A stretch of DNA of 54,752 nt, the filler included, from Sphacelaria rigidula (lineage: Eukaryota): NCBI GenBank assembly GCA_964200075.2. It is 5 parts of 5 records of this genome, joined end to end, with 100 filler letters (N's around TTAATTAATTAA, not from the genome) between each part and the next. Parts side by side here need not be neighbours in the genome. Positions count along the whole stretch, not along the records: positions 21,943 to 32,812 come from CAXNAA020005762.1; positions 32,913 to 43,782 come from CAXNAA020005763.1; 3 more parts are not named here. One strand, 5' to 3'. Positions within the stretch are counted from its first letter, which is position 1. Each line of letters begins with the position of its first letter. The translations under genes were made by a program, and so were the position numbers. Below the pieces are notes generated by a model. The model had not been told where the DNA came from. It saw only the letters and a program-made list of their open reading frames with translations, and did no database searches. Of this stretch, positions 22,970 to 35,326 are shown in pieces.

Positions 22970-25900
22970 GCCCTGGAGTTGTACATGGAGGCGGCGCAGG
23001 AGGCTGGGGACGCAGCTGATGGATATCGCGTGAGTTTGATGGCGCTGAAGTGCATCAACAACGCAATCTGGGACCAGCCACTTGGACAGACGTCGTTCAC
23101 TCGCTTAGGAGGACCGGGAATGATGGTGAAGTTGTTGCAGGTGATTCCTCGTAGCTTGCCTTGTTTGCCTTCTGTCATCGTGTGATTCATGTGAGCTGCG
23201 TGACTGCGTCGATTGTGGAGTGAACGGAAGAGTATGTCCCCTGCTTGACATCTGCAGTATTGGACTTGCTTGAGAAAAAGCAGCAAGACTGTCTTGGTGT
23301 TCTGCGTAGAGCTGGCATTAACAATAGCCATGCTACCCACGAAATCAATTGCGCTCACGGCCTTGCGCATAACCCATAATTCATCTGTGGCTGTGATAAT
23401 TTGCCCGACCTTCCGGCCCCAGAGTACTGCTGCCGGCTGCTACCCGCGGTCGTGTGTTGCACAACTTTGCTGTGTCGCAATGTCGAGATCAAGTACTTCG
23501 TTCATATCCTGGAGTAGACCGCGATGCTTGTTGACCGAATTTGTTACCGCGCTTTGTGTGCCATCACGATAAGTATTGACGATGCCTCCTCGGAACTTTA
23601 AGGGGTTGACATATCGACTGCAGCTATACACGGTTTGTGTCGTCTTTTCGCTTCGTCGGCAGGACTCGCGACCTGCATCGGTGCTGTGCTTCGCGTGCCG
23701 TATTTTCATCTTGATCGGAACGTCCGATGCGGCAGCATTCGCCGAGCTGAAGAAAAGCCACGACTTGCTGCAAACGCTGTCTTCGGTAAGCCCGCGTTCT
23801 CTCGTAGACTTGCACCTACCTTCCCCGCGCGTTTCGCATTTGCTCGTACTGTTTGTTTTACCTTTTCGGGCTCGTTCGTTGTCTGCTTCGTACATGCACA
23901 GCCGTATGCGGTAGTCACGCCCTTGACTTCCTCTTGATGATGTGTCGTCCGTTCGTTACATGTGTCAGCGGGACACCGAGCATCCCAATAGTTAGTTTGC
24001 TGATCACTCTTGTGCGAACTCGTAAAGTTCGCCTCTCAGAAACTAACCGTGAGTATTTGTTTTGTGGAGAATTAAGGAACGAATGAGAAGGAAACCTTCG
24101 AGCCCCTTTTTTTCGGTACTATGGATACTTGGCAGATCCTCGCGTGGTGCGTTCGGTGCAATAATCCGCCTTTCCCACGTGGCGATGACCGACTGAAGCT
24201 CATGGTGCTAGCGCTCAAAGGACTTTTTCTACTGGGTGCCCGGTACACTCAACAGGTGAGGCGTCGCCGGGGCGTCGGATGCGGATATACCCGCAATCTG
24301 CAGAGGTGGCATTACGCTCATCGCTCTAAGAGAGTTGCCGTACGACATCAGGGTAACCAAGTTTCCGACCGTTGAAAAAGTCTAGCGCGGCTCTGACTTG
24401 TTCACGGTGCTTGCGCCAGTAGGCAGCGCCATGATCGCATCCCTACTGTGGGTTCTACGCTCCACTTGAGCGCCAAGTGCCCTCCGAAGAAGAGAGGCAC
24501 TGTCAGGGAGGGACCTCGCGCACTCCTCACTCACCTGACAGCACCGCGCTATCTACTCTTGTCATCTTCCACTGTACCTGTGACAGTACATGTATGACGG
24601 TACGTTCCCACCCTGTATTTGTTATCTCAATCTAAACAAAATGAGAGTACATTTGAGAGTACAACGCGTGTCCTGGGCGAAATATAGGTGACATGTTGAG
24701 CGAAAAATAGCACAAAAAATCGTGGCCATGAGCTGGAGTTTGTCACCGCCTGATCGAAATCACCAACGGTCTTGTCTCGTCTTGCCTCGTCTTGTCTTGA
24801 CCCCATTATTTGTCGGCGACCTCTTCACACGTGGCACTCGCACAATGGCAGGAAAGAGAGGAAGCGCTGAAGGGGGAGTCCATGAAGAGGTCAGTTTGTT
24901 GTCACGGTGAACTTTGCCGCATTAGTGCTGCCTTGCCATCGCGCAACTTTCTCCCCAAAAGGAGACAGCGACGGTATGATTGTGAGGGGTGATCGTCTCG
25001 AGGTCCTGCCTGTTGTGCACATCACCTATACTGAAACTTACCCGATCAGCTGGCAGCTATGGATTATCGTGCGCATGCGTTTCTCATGAGACAAGCGTGC
25101 TGGGATGTTTCCCGTTCTCTAAGCTGCGTGACGACCATGGACATCATCTCGTGTCTCTTTCAGCACAAGGGGTGGGCCCTGCCTCATCTCTCATCTGTGT
25201 CCATTTGCCGCCTAAACTTTAGGTTGGGATTCGTTCTGGTGGATGCATTGCACTTAGACCACGCAGACCCGGAAGTCTTTCTGGCCAAGCTACAGGTACG
25301 CGCGCTTGCCGGCGATATCATCATTAGTTGGGTTTGCTGGTTCGTCCGTCAGTCGCACGGCGGTGATTCGAGCTATCCCAATGACGGTAACACGTACTCG
25401 CTGAATGCTGCCTCCCCATCCGCTAAGGTCCGATGGTGACCGTTCGTCTTCTCTCTGTATGAAGGGCACCTGAGTCAGGAAAACAAGATGGCGTACTTAC
25501 GGATCAATCGTCCGCCTTACAAAGATTACAGCCGTAAATACGTACTGTTTTATGTTCTATGGTCTTTCTTATGCCACTCATTTCGTGATCTCAACACATT
25601 TTTGTGTGTGTGTGTTTCGGACTCATGTTCAGTATGGTGATTTTCTCCGCCGACTTTGGGATGCATGACATGTGTATGTGATTGCGGCAACACGCTATAG
25701 CCTGTCTAAATGTTTGTCAGCAGGTACTGAATCTGCTTCTTGACATGCCCGATGGATTCGCGGATGTGCTGATGGAGTATGGAGCTCTACCTCGCATCCT
25801 GCAAGTGGTGGAGTTGCGGCTGGCTCGACAAGCCTTTCATGACGGGTACGATGTCCCCCCCCTTGATCGCGAAGGGTGCTCTGGTCGACTGAAATCGATT

Positions 25901-28900
25901 GCTTGAGAAGCGGAGGTCGAACTGATGTATTGTAGCATGACACGCGCGTGTCCGCGTAAAATGGGAGGCCCAAGAGCAGTGCTTGATAGATTAGTTGTGC
26001 CACATCAAGTGTGATATGATCAGTCCGCTACGAAGGCAGCGGTGGTCAGATGATGGACGTACCCAAGGCGAGTAAACGGGAGCATTCACTGCTCATAGAG
26101 GAAAGTCGGGAAAGGGTAAATGCGAAAGAAAAGGAAAAGGCATCGAACAAAGTTACAAATAACAAGAAAAAAGAAGAAAATATTGAAGACAAGAACAAAA
26201 AATTCAAGGGCGACGCGAGGCAGATGAGATGTGCTGCCGGTCACGACAAAACCCTGCTAAATTCGGCAGGTCCCGGTCGCATAGCTTCAGATAAGCAGGT
26301 CGTACAAAAGCAAAGCACAATGGAACGGATAATGCCGTGGAAGCAAGTGGTGGCTCAGCTACCTCGAGACCATACTATTCGAGCGGTAATTCCCACCCAC
26401 AAGCTTGGCAAGAACGACACACACAAACGCGCACACATTGATACGGCAAAAAGGAATGAAGACATGTGAGGGAACGGGAGAGAAGAAAAGAAGAGACATA
26501 CACTACGGGGGCCACTTCTGGACCTTAATCTTGGATCCCTCGCGAACTGTTGCTGCTGTTGAGAAATTAGTGCCCAGCTCTGCACCGGTTTTGGGAAAAA
26601 TTAAATGCACATATTTGCAGTTGATAATTTTATCAGGCTCATACATTGCGAGTGGGGCACGCTCGCTACTGCTGCTATTCCGTTGTGATGTGTCATATGT
26701 GACGTGTCATATGTCATGTGTCATATGTCATGTGTCATGTGTCATGTGGTATGCCATCGAGCACGCACTTCAACAAGAACCACCGTCACCAAACGTGGGT
26801 AAATCGCCAACCGTCTCCAGTGGACTGGGTTCACTGGTCCCGGCAGAACAACACACGTACACCCAACAAAATGAGCAGGCTTTGCGGTGCCTGTACAGGG
26901 TTGCCAGTTTCGTTTTCATGCATACGCAGCCGATGCGTACAGTCGTGTGCGACCATAGGCATATGCATTCGGCGTTTGAAGAGCTGAACTGTAAACATGT
27001 TCTTCGTCTTGGAACGCTATTTTCTCAAGCTATGTTTTTTCGTCTGGTGTCACTGTCCTGTCGAGACTGGTCCAGTGATGATATGGATCCTGCCGCTGAC
27101 CTGACGCCTGCTCTACTGGTGCTGAACAAGCTAGTTACTGCATCAGACGACGTCAAGGTAGCTGTGAAACAAGCCATATTCCCGCCAGAAAGTGATAAGG
27201 TGAGTCGTACCCTGCCCAGTGCGGCGACTCTTCTCTCTTCGACAGCGTTTGTTTCCTCACACGAGCTACCAACTGTGCCGCGCAAAGATAGTGATGCGCA
27301 GGCAACCATAAGATTGAGCAACTACGCCAAAAATCACCGCGCTGAAGAATACTATCGTGGTGTAGATTCGTGCTCCCTGTTTAGCCTTCTGCCTGTTTAC
27401 ATGTGCAGGCTTCTCCAAACGCTCAGCCCATTTAGCGTCCAAGTCGCTAGTTGGGCGTCGGTTCGACGTTTGTTTTTGTTCCGGCGTTCGCAGCAATACT
27501 TTGACCGTGACTGGGTGAACACCACCGTGAGCAATAATTGTGGCAGCAGTTCATGCATACATTCCACAAGATGTTGAAGCCGCCACCTGCAGGCGCGCCT
27601 CCTTGCCTGGCTTCGCATTGCATGATGGGCCCCAACGCAAAAGTCCCCCGAAGGCATCGGCGACGACCCTTCTAGACGGCGGTAACGCAACGAAGTATAG
27701 AGGTTAAGAGGCCATCCCCGTTGCTAGAACGTTCAGAAGCTGTTGGGGAATAATGTAGCCCAGGCGAACCCAGCGCACAGGGACCCAAGGACGTCCGGGG
27801 GACACCAAAATCAAAAGCAAGCGGTGGGCCTCGACTTGACCCCAGTTTTGAGATATTTCCGAATACAGTTGACTCACAAATGCGTTTGCATCATTCCACT
27901 TCGAGGGATTGCTATTTCACATGCTGCATCTAAGGTGAACGTGTTGACACGAACATGAGGAGCATCGTAGAGGGGGTCGTGACAAATCTCCCCCAGCGTG
28001 GGGCCAATAGGAGGTCGACGAAAACACACTGATTGAAGGAAGGCGTTCTGAAGCGTTTAGTTTGATGCATGCACCGGGAAAAAATGGCGAGTTAAGGGCC
28101 CCACCTTCACACCGCTACAGTGATGCCACTTCAGTGTGATCGCGCTCGTTGCAGTCGGTGTAGTCGGACAACAAATTCAACGGATATATCCAGACCCGTG
28201 GTCGGAATCAGGGCTTCAGATAGCTATTGCGCTGTTGCGGCATCGAACATTATTCAACGAAAAAGAGCCAGAGCACAAATGTTTCAATGGGGCATGGGCG
28301 GCGTGCCCTATACGGCAAATTTGCAGCGTACACACTTTCGCCGCAGGCGAAAACAAATGTGCGACGTGGCGGCATGACGGCATGATCCTTGTCGTCGAAG
28401 GCGAAAAATATATTGTGGTCCTTTCTTTTCTCGCCGTAGGATTTCTGAGAAACACGAGCGGAGTATTTTTTATAATCAAAAATAGCACTCAATGACGATG
28501 GAACAACACTAACTAAAGAAACAGGGGGGAATAAGCTGGAATAACAGATGAAGCAGCGCAGTGAGCCGAGGGCAGACGCAAAATTCAACTACCCAGATAC
28601 GTTCATCAATTTAAATGACACATTCACGGTGGTTAACAGCTGGTACAAGCCTGGTACATTACTAACGACTTATCTTTCCAAGTGATTCCCGATTAAAAAA
28701 TGTGATTATATCCCCAAAATTTCGCTTCCGGCGGGCCCTACGCGGGGAGTTGCCTCCGGCAGCCCACCGGGCCCCCCTCGCGGGGAAGCATTTCCCCCCC
28801 GCATACACATGTCGGCATGATATGCAGCAGCCTGCCAGTTGCCGCACATGCGGCCTGCGGCCTATCTGAAGCCCCTGATCGGAAGGTCATATTTTTGGGA

Positions 28901-31073
28901 TTTTTACAGATGGGTCTTTTGGGGCACAGCGCCGATTCTCAACTCCCTGTGTCAGGCGAGGGAACAGCTGTGTTGAACAGGAAAGCTAAGCGGAATACGG
29001 CTGAGGATCAAGCCTGGGTTGACCTTGTTCGTGGATGTTTTCGGTCGGAAAAGACGTTGGAGCAGAAATATCCTGGATTTCGTCAAGAGAAACCTTAGTT
29101 GCAACATAGGCACACGCTAACGTCCTGCGACAAAGTCCACGACGCTCAGCACCAACGCTAAAGCAGAGTCAAAGTAAACGAAAACTATACAACGCAGTAC
29201 ATTGAGACGTGAGCTGTGAGCGACAACCAGGGTGATATGATGATCGCGTTTCTGTGGGCTCGAGATGCGAACGCGAAGATTGGACACCAGCGGGTCAGCT
29301 AAAATATTTTCTCCAATTCTGCTGATCGGTACTACATTGGTACTCTGAGCTTACTGTACGTGCGTCACCGCACAGAGCACAGGTACATTAGTACCGCCGA
29401 TTGTATGCAGAACAATGCGCAGCACAGCACAGCACAGCGCAGTGCAGTGCAGTACTTCCTGTAACTGTAGACTGTACCGCGAAATTGTCGTTAACTTCAG
29501 TCTGTGCTGTGTATTGCATGTGTTTTATGTAGTGTGGGTACTGGCGCCGCTGGGCATGGTTGACCAGCTACGCTTTGCCGAACACGGTTGTACTGACTTG
29601 TAGTGTGATGTGACCCCGATATCTTCTGCACAGGCACAGATATGCCGTCGCCCTTAATGTACGGCAGAGCTTGCGGTTTTACCTTCTCTTCGGTACAGAT
29701 CACTGCCACTACATTTCACTGCACTGTACCACACGATAAAGTCCACATCGGCAACTACGTTCTCCGTCGAGTATTCCTCCTGAATAATCATGCTCGATTG
29801 TTTAATGCAAAAGCTACCTAACGCTCCGTTTTTTTTTTCTTTCTCAAGCTACCTGAATGTTTTGAGTCCGATTTTCCTTCGTTCAATCTGTCAGGATAGG
29901 GCAAAGGGTTACCAACGACAGACTGCCCGTCTGCTATTTTCATCTACCCCCTGCGAACGTCGGCAGCCTGTAGAGTGCATGCTCACTGGGAATAAAATGA
30001 GTGGAGCATGAGTTAAGTTATGCTTTCGTTGACAACTGAAAAAAACGTGGCGTTTTACACCAAGTGCGACGAAGATGTGATCAACCGTGCCGCTTGTGGT
30101 TCCAACGACTTGGTTCCCAGCACGTCGGGCGATGTAGCAGACCAATGATCGCACTATCCGAGCGAATGTACAGGCCGGCGATCATCGCAAGTACCGGTAA
30201 TTGTGTGGGACATGATGAAACAAGCGTATTGTGTGGGGGCGTACTCATTTGTTGCTTGCCTTAGTCATTTGACCATTGACCACGCATCCCTTTCGAGACG
30301 GAGCACCGTCATTGTGTGGGGGGGCGCTCTTGATCTGAAGCCTAGTCGTGCATCGATGGTTTTGGGTGCAATTAGGTGTGGAAGGAGCAGCTAGAGCGGG
30401 AGGAAGCCATGCTGGGATCCTTGTCAGGGGAAGAGCGCGAGAGGGCTGAGAAGGCAATAAAAGACCGACGCGTCCATCCTGTTGATGCACCGCGTGGCAC
30501 CTTGCGAGCCAGGCTTCTGTCCCAGATGACTGCTATAGAATCATCTTCGAAAGCAGCAGCCTCAGATCTGCTGTACAACCTGTGTAGCAGTGAAGGTGCG
30601 AGCAGTGTTTGTTGCTGCTGCTTGGTGATTCACGCTTTGAAACAGGACGCGCTGCCTACGCTGTCCTGACACCATCCAATAGGCATCAAAGTACGCCGTA
30701 TTGGAGGAAGTCCATTGCAGGGTTTAGGCTTACGCTTGTCGTACTGAGCCCAGAGTTGAAATCAGTATATGCTGAGAAGCTTTGCGTGATGACTTCTCGA
30801 TGTTGACCAATATTTCGCAAAAATACCTGGTGCCATAGCCACCGTTTGACACAGAGGCCATAATCAGGATCCACACACCGCCAGTCTCGTATTGCGGATT
30901 CTTCGGCGGTGTTTGTAGTATTCATGCCTGCCGATTGAACGTCGTAACAACGTCCCCCACTTGCGCCTTCTCTTGCTCCCGCCATGTCAGAGGAGTTCAC
31001 TACCCGTTGTGGGTTCGGCAACGCTGTGAACACGCTCAGGATCAAGGGACGTATCTTTGTGCCTAACGTCTGA
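22970..31073 (+). CDS. RIC8: Ric-8/synembryn-like G-alpha GEF/chaperone, 5'-partial (9 exons)
   Basis: Phase-compatible GT-AG exons 22970-23140, 23663-23785, 24136-24255, 24852-24889, 25223-25295, 25724-25845, 27076-27199, 30376-30595, 30991-31073 (TGA). Motifs ALKCINN, LTPALLVL, LRARLLSQMT, LLYNLC..FTTRCGFGNA parallel Ric-8 ALKCLCN, PVL, LRNKLVRLMT, LFxLC..GYGNA. Confidence 0.85.
26690..26748. repeat. 7-bp minisatellite (TGTCATR)n
   Basis: tgtcata/tgtcatg repeated about 8 times in an intron. Confidence 0.8.
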
Positions 31074-32744
31074 CACCGGAGCGCAACGCTCACCACGTCG
31101 CGGTCGGCCATAGGCTTTCACCCTCTCAACACGCCAGGTTGCACAGCGGAGATAGCGTTTTTCCCGCGTTGAGCATTGGGCAACTCGTTTTCTGTTGTTA
31201 CTGACTGTAGGAGGTAATTCAGTTGATGTTGTCGAGCGTTTGCCTTGAGTTGTTGAAATGCTTCAATGTCGTCCTGTACTCATGGATATCTTATCGTGTA
31301 TGTGAATGTACCGTCATAATGAATTAAAGCGTTGGTCCGGATCCATAAAAAAACTGAAACCCATCGCTCGGCCTGCATGCCAGCCGCGGGCCCCAGTCTC
31401 ACGTCGCTACGCAAAATGCCTACTCACCCATTCGGCGGGAAAATGGCTGGTCGGATTGGATAGTCAGGCACCGTTAAACTGGCTGATAATGTGGGGATCG
31501 ATCAGCGGATTATTGTCGCTGTTCGAGCGGCCCCGCCCCAACAGGTGGAAGAAGAGGCACTGTCGACGGTCACAGCGACTGACCGGCATTGGGGGGGGGC
31601 GCCTATTTTATTAGTCAACACGGGAAGGATCGCGATGATTGCGAAGAAATTGCGTCACGGATGTTTTTGCTCCGTCAAATTTGTTTCGAGCATGTTTTGA
31701 GTAAATAGGATGGCTTTATCTTGAGTATGTGCTTGTTTGGCGTCTTTTCCTAGAAAAGCGCGGAATTTGGGGGGTGTGTTGAGGGTTATTTTAGTTGAAT
31801 AGAAGGGAGTGGAAGTACGTATGTACCTGTTTGAGATCGAGTCGTCGCGTTTCACATGAAATACACGAAATGGGCGTCAAGTCTCCGGTGCGCGCGAAAT
31901 TGAGCGAAGTGGTCATGGCGAAGCGTTGAAGAATAGTAGACTCCCAAGTAGGCGTGGAGTGTGTCATTTTGAGCTTGTCACTCGCGTCTGGTCGCGAGAT
32001 AGCTACCCTAAATTTCGACTCCTTATTTTCTCCGGTTTGATGGGTTGGCATATCTCTGAGTTCGTGCTCCCCCCCCCCCCCCCCCCCCCCCCCCACCACG
32101 CTCCTATACCCCGTTTGAAAACCGCGGCGCGCAAGCACACNNNNNNNNNNCCCAAATTTTGCCCCCTTTTTTTCTCCGGTTTGGTGGGGTGGCAAATCTC
32201 TTGGTTTGGGCCCCCCCCCCCCCCCCCCCTCCCAACATCTTCTAGGGTTGGCATCGGTTGACAACGACGCTGTAAAAGACGCCACTCATTGCGTAAGCTA
32301 GGCAACCAGGTCACCGTTTTTCTTCGTGTGCGTTTTTTGTGCGGTAACCATGATTGTGGTCGAGGTGAAAAGTTTTTGTGCGTGTGGTGTGAAGAAACTG
32401 AACTCCGCGCGAGGGGACGATCGTACTACGTGATGTTTTAATGGTGAAACACCCATGAGGCAGTGTGTAACCCGTGACTGTCTCTGTGAAAATGGCGATA
32501 CCAGAAATATAGCAACTCGTTCGAGGCTGTCATCTGTATGCCAGATAATCAGTGTGGTTCGGGGCCAACAATCTAAGAATGCAGCTCACTCCTCATGCGA
32601 CTCACCAATGATATTACGGCGCTTAGCGCTTGGTGATTGATTGCAAGCATGGCGGCGCGAACCCGCCGTGCTCCGTCCCGGCTTTGAAGGGGGTGCGAGG
32701 TTAATGGCCTTCCTACTATAGCATGAATGTCATGCGTACCCCCT

Positions 32745-32776
<32 letters not shown>

Positions 32777-32812
32777 CCCCCACACGTCCCCGCGACTCGA
32801 CGCGACCCTACC

Positions 32813-32912
32813 NNNNNNNNNNNNNNNNNNNNNNNNNNNNNNNNNNNNNNNNNNNNTTAATTAATTAANNNNNNNNNNNNNNNNNNNNNNNNNNNNNNNN
32901 NNNNNNNNNNNN
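32813..32912. other. Artificial contig spacer
   Basis: 44 N + TTAATTAATTAA + 44 N. Confidence 0.97.
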
Positions 32913-33670
32913 CCTGGTCATCATCCAGGATCCTACACATGCTACATCTACTACGCCTTGGTGTATTTTGGCTATAGTATGTAGTACGAGTATGAAGAAT
33001 ATAAAGTTGTACGTCTTTCTCATCAGACCCCCGAACAACATGGTGATGAGAACACGAAGCACGATAATCGAAGTTTGAATTCTTGAAGCTTGAAGCCTGA
33101 AGCCTGTCGGCCTGTCTGGTGACGAGTCACGCCACATGGAGCACATGCGGACACCTCCTAAAGTGACGGTAGGAAGCGCATAAAAAACTATCGCAACTCT
33201 ATGCGCGTTTCAAGCATATGCGCGTTTCAAGCATAATATCAAGCCTTCTACAACCTTGAGAAAAAAAGAGCTTGCTTGAGCCAGGGGGTAGCGCGGAATT
33301 TCTTTCGGACATGTAACCCCCCCACCCACCCCCGGAGGCCATTTTTTAGAAAATTATCCTGATTTTTTTCTTTGTCAACTCCGTTGCAAGAAATTGATCA
33401 ATAAAGACTGTTTTGATTATTTTCTGTTAATTTTGTTGCAAAAAAATGATTTACAAACACTGACAAAAACCGAAAATCCTGGTGGGCTTTGCATGGTTCG
33501 TATATCTGCTTCTACTCCTTTTGCCCGCGCTGTCTCGATTGTAATGCGTGAGAGAAACGCGTGCTTAGGCCAACTCTTACAGGAGCGTTTGAAATTTTAT
33601 TTTGCAACAATTTTAGAGGAGTTTTTCTCTTTTCTATGTCATCATGGTGAACGGGCACAAAATACACAAT

Positions 33671-34216
33671 TGTGATGAAGAGAGGTATAAAGAGGAGTCA
33701 CACACCTTCCTTGATAGATCAATGTGCTGCAAGCTTGGTAAGATGCGCAAACGCGCAAGGTGTCCGAGTCAAACAAGCTGCAGACATACTCGTGCAGATT
33801 CACGGGACTGTTGGTCACAGTAGCAAACAAACAAAGGGAGCTCAAAGGCTTGATATCGTTTAATCTCTCACTGATTATTCCCTTGATCGCCCAGCAAACT
33901 GTTCTCACCAAAGGTAAACAGTAGGAGCAGATGGTCCGACTCGAAGGGTAGCTCAAGAGTGAGCGAGGGTGCATGAGGTACATGCAACGCAACCTATCTG
34001 AACTCGGCCCGAGAAGGCGTTTGCCTCTTCGGGACCAGAGCATGTCAGCCTGCACAATAATCTTCCCCAGCTAGGATATACCAGCCTTTGCATAAATCTT
34101 CCCTAGAACGTAGCCTGTACATCAACCTTCCCCAGAACTATGGGAGCATTCCCATGGCTGGATCGAGTGATCGGTGAGCCAACCTGCCCCAAAACTGTCT
34201 GAAGGAACAAATAACA
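33671..34216 (-). repeat. Putative 3' LTR of the Gypsy element
   Basis: Minus strand begins TGTTAT directly after the PPT and plausibly ends ATCACA at 33671; no second LTR is available to confirm the outer boundary. Confidence 0.55.
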
Positions 34217-34236
34217 CCTCTCTATCTTCCTTCCTC
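34217..34236 (-). other. Polypurine tract
   Basis: Minus strand GAGGAAGGAAGATAGAGAGG immediately followed by TG. Confidence 0.7.
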
Positions 34237-35080
34237 ATGACACTCACCCATCCAGACGAACCTCTATCTGAGTTGCGATGAAATCTCAAGAGCATCTAGA
34301 ATTGAGGCTTGTCTCACCCATCAAGCCATGAGGAGACAACGCGAAAAAGAAGAAAAACAAGAGGGCAATGACCAGCCCGGTGCCCGATCCTCCCACACCT
34401 CAAACAAGGAAACCCAAAGGTGCCTCAAAAAGCGCAATTACGCAATTGCGGTTGACTGCGCAGGAGCACACAATGCTGCGGCGAGCTAGCGAAGAAACGG
34501 AAAAAGCACACAATTTTTTGACGCGCTAGCTAGATAAAAGCAAAGGAAAACCCCGCAAAGGACACAATGGTAATTTCAAGCAGGAAGACAAAAACTCAAG
34601 GACCCGAATAGGATCGAGTGCCAGCCAGACAAAGCGGCGGCAGCGTAGGGGCCAATGGAATGGGGCGAAGGGGGTCCGGAAGAAGTCGTCGAAGAGGTTG
34701 ACCAGGGCAGAGATGAGCCGCGATAGGAGAACCATCGTAAGTGAAGAAGTGAAGAGTAGAGCGTACCTGGGTGGGGACAAGGGGAGTACCAGAACCAAAC
34801 TGGGAGGAGAGGGAAACATCGTGATAGGGGAGTGCGAAGAGATAGGACTCAAGATGGTGCATTGATGTCGTGTGTACGATCGATATTGCGCTGAAGGCCT
34901 CGGTGTAGGCCGTGTGACTTGAAGCGTTGTAGGCACCAGGAACCACGGGGTGTGGAGGGGCTGGTCGTGTAAGAATCGGGGCGAAGCTTGAGCTGAACGG
35001 GCCCAGGATCGTCGAAGAAACGCACGATGTATGTGTCGGCCGCGGGGGCGTCGACGGAGTGGATCTGACCTAGCCACCAG

Positions 35081-35326
35081 TATTCCATGGCCCGTGGCGA
35101 AGGATAGATAGTTTCATCTCTTGTATTATTGGAGAGTGCCTAGACTGAGTCGACCCTATGACTGAGGGATCAAATGCTGAGAAAGAGAGTGAGGGCTCAT
35201 GGCAGCTCGGCAGCTGTCATGAGCGGGGTACTGTAGTCACACACACTCGACTACCAGTACCCGCACGTCCGCATCATTCTATCCGCACGTATGCATGTTC
35301 ACTCAGTGTACCTGTTCACATGAACA
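35081..35326. mobile_element. 246-bp solo LTR inserted in the integrase tail
   Basis: Perfect 5-bp TSD ACCAG (35076-80, 35327-31); ends TATT..AACA (decayed TG..CA); excision restores DYLWWLGQI. Confidence 0.85.

Noticed and set aside
26050-27577. ORFs of 139 aa and 390 aa as independent genes
   Set aside because: Intronic low-complexity read-through; only 27076-27199 is a supported exon.
32020-32235. Duplicated poly-C motif around a 10-N gap
   Set aside because: Likely an assembly artefact at homopolymers.
33305-33335. Alternative polypurine tract for the Gypsy element
   Set aside because: Not directly adjacent to TG; 34217-34236 fits better.
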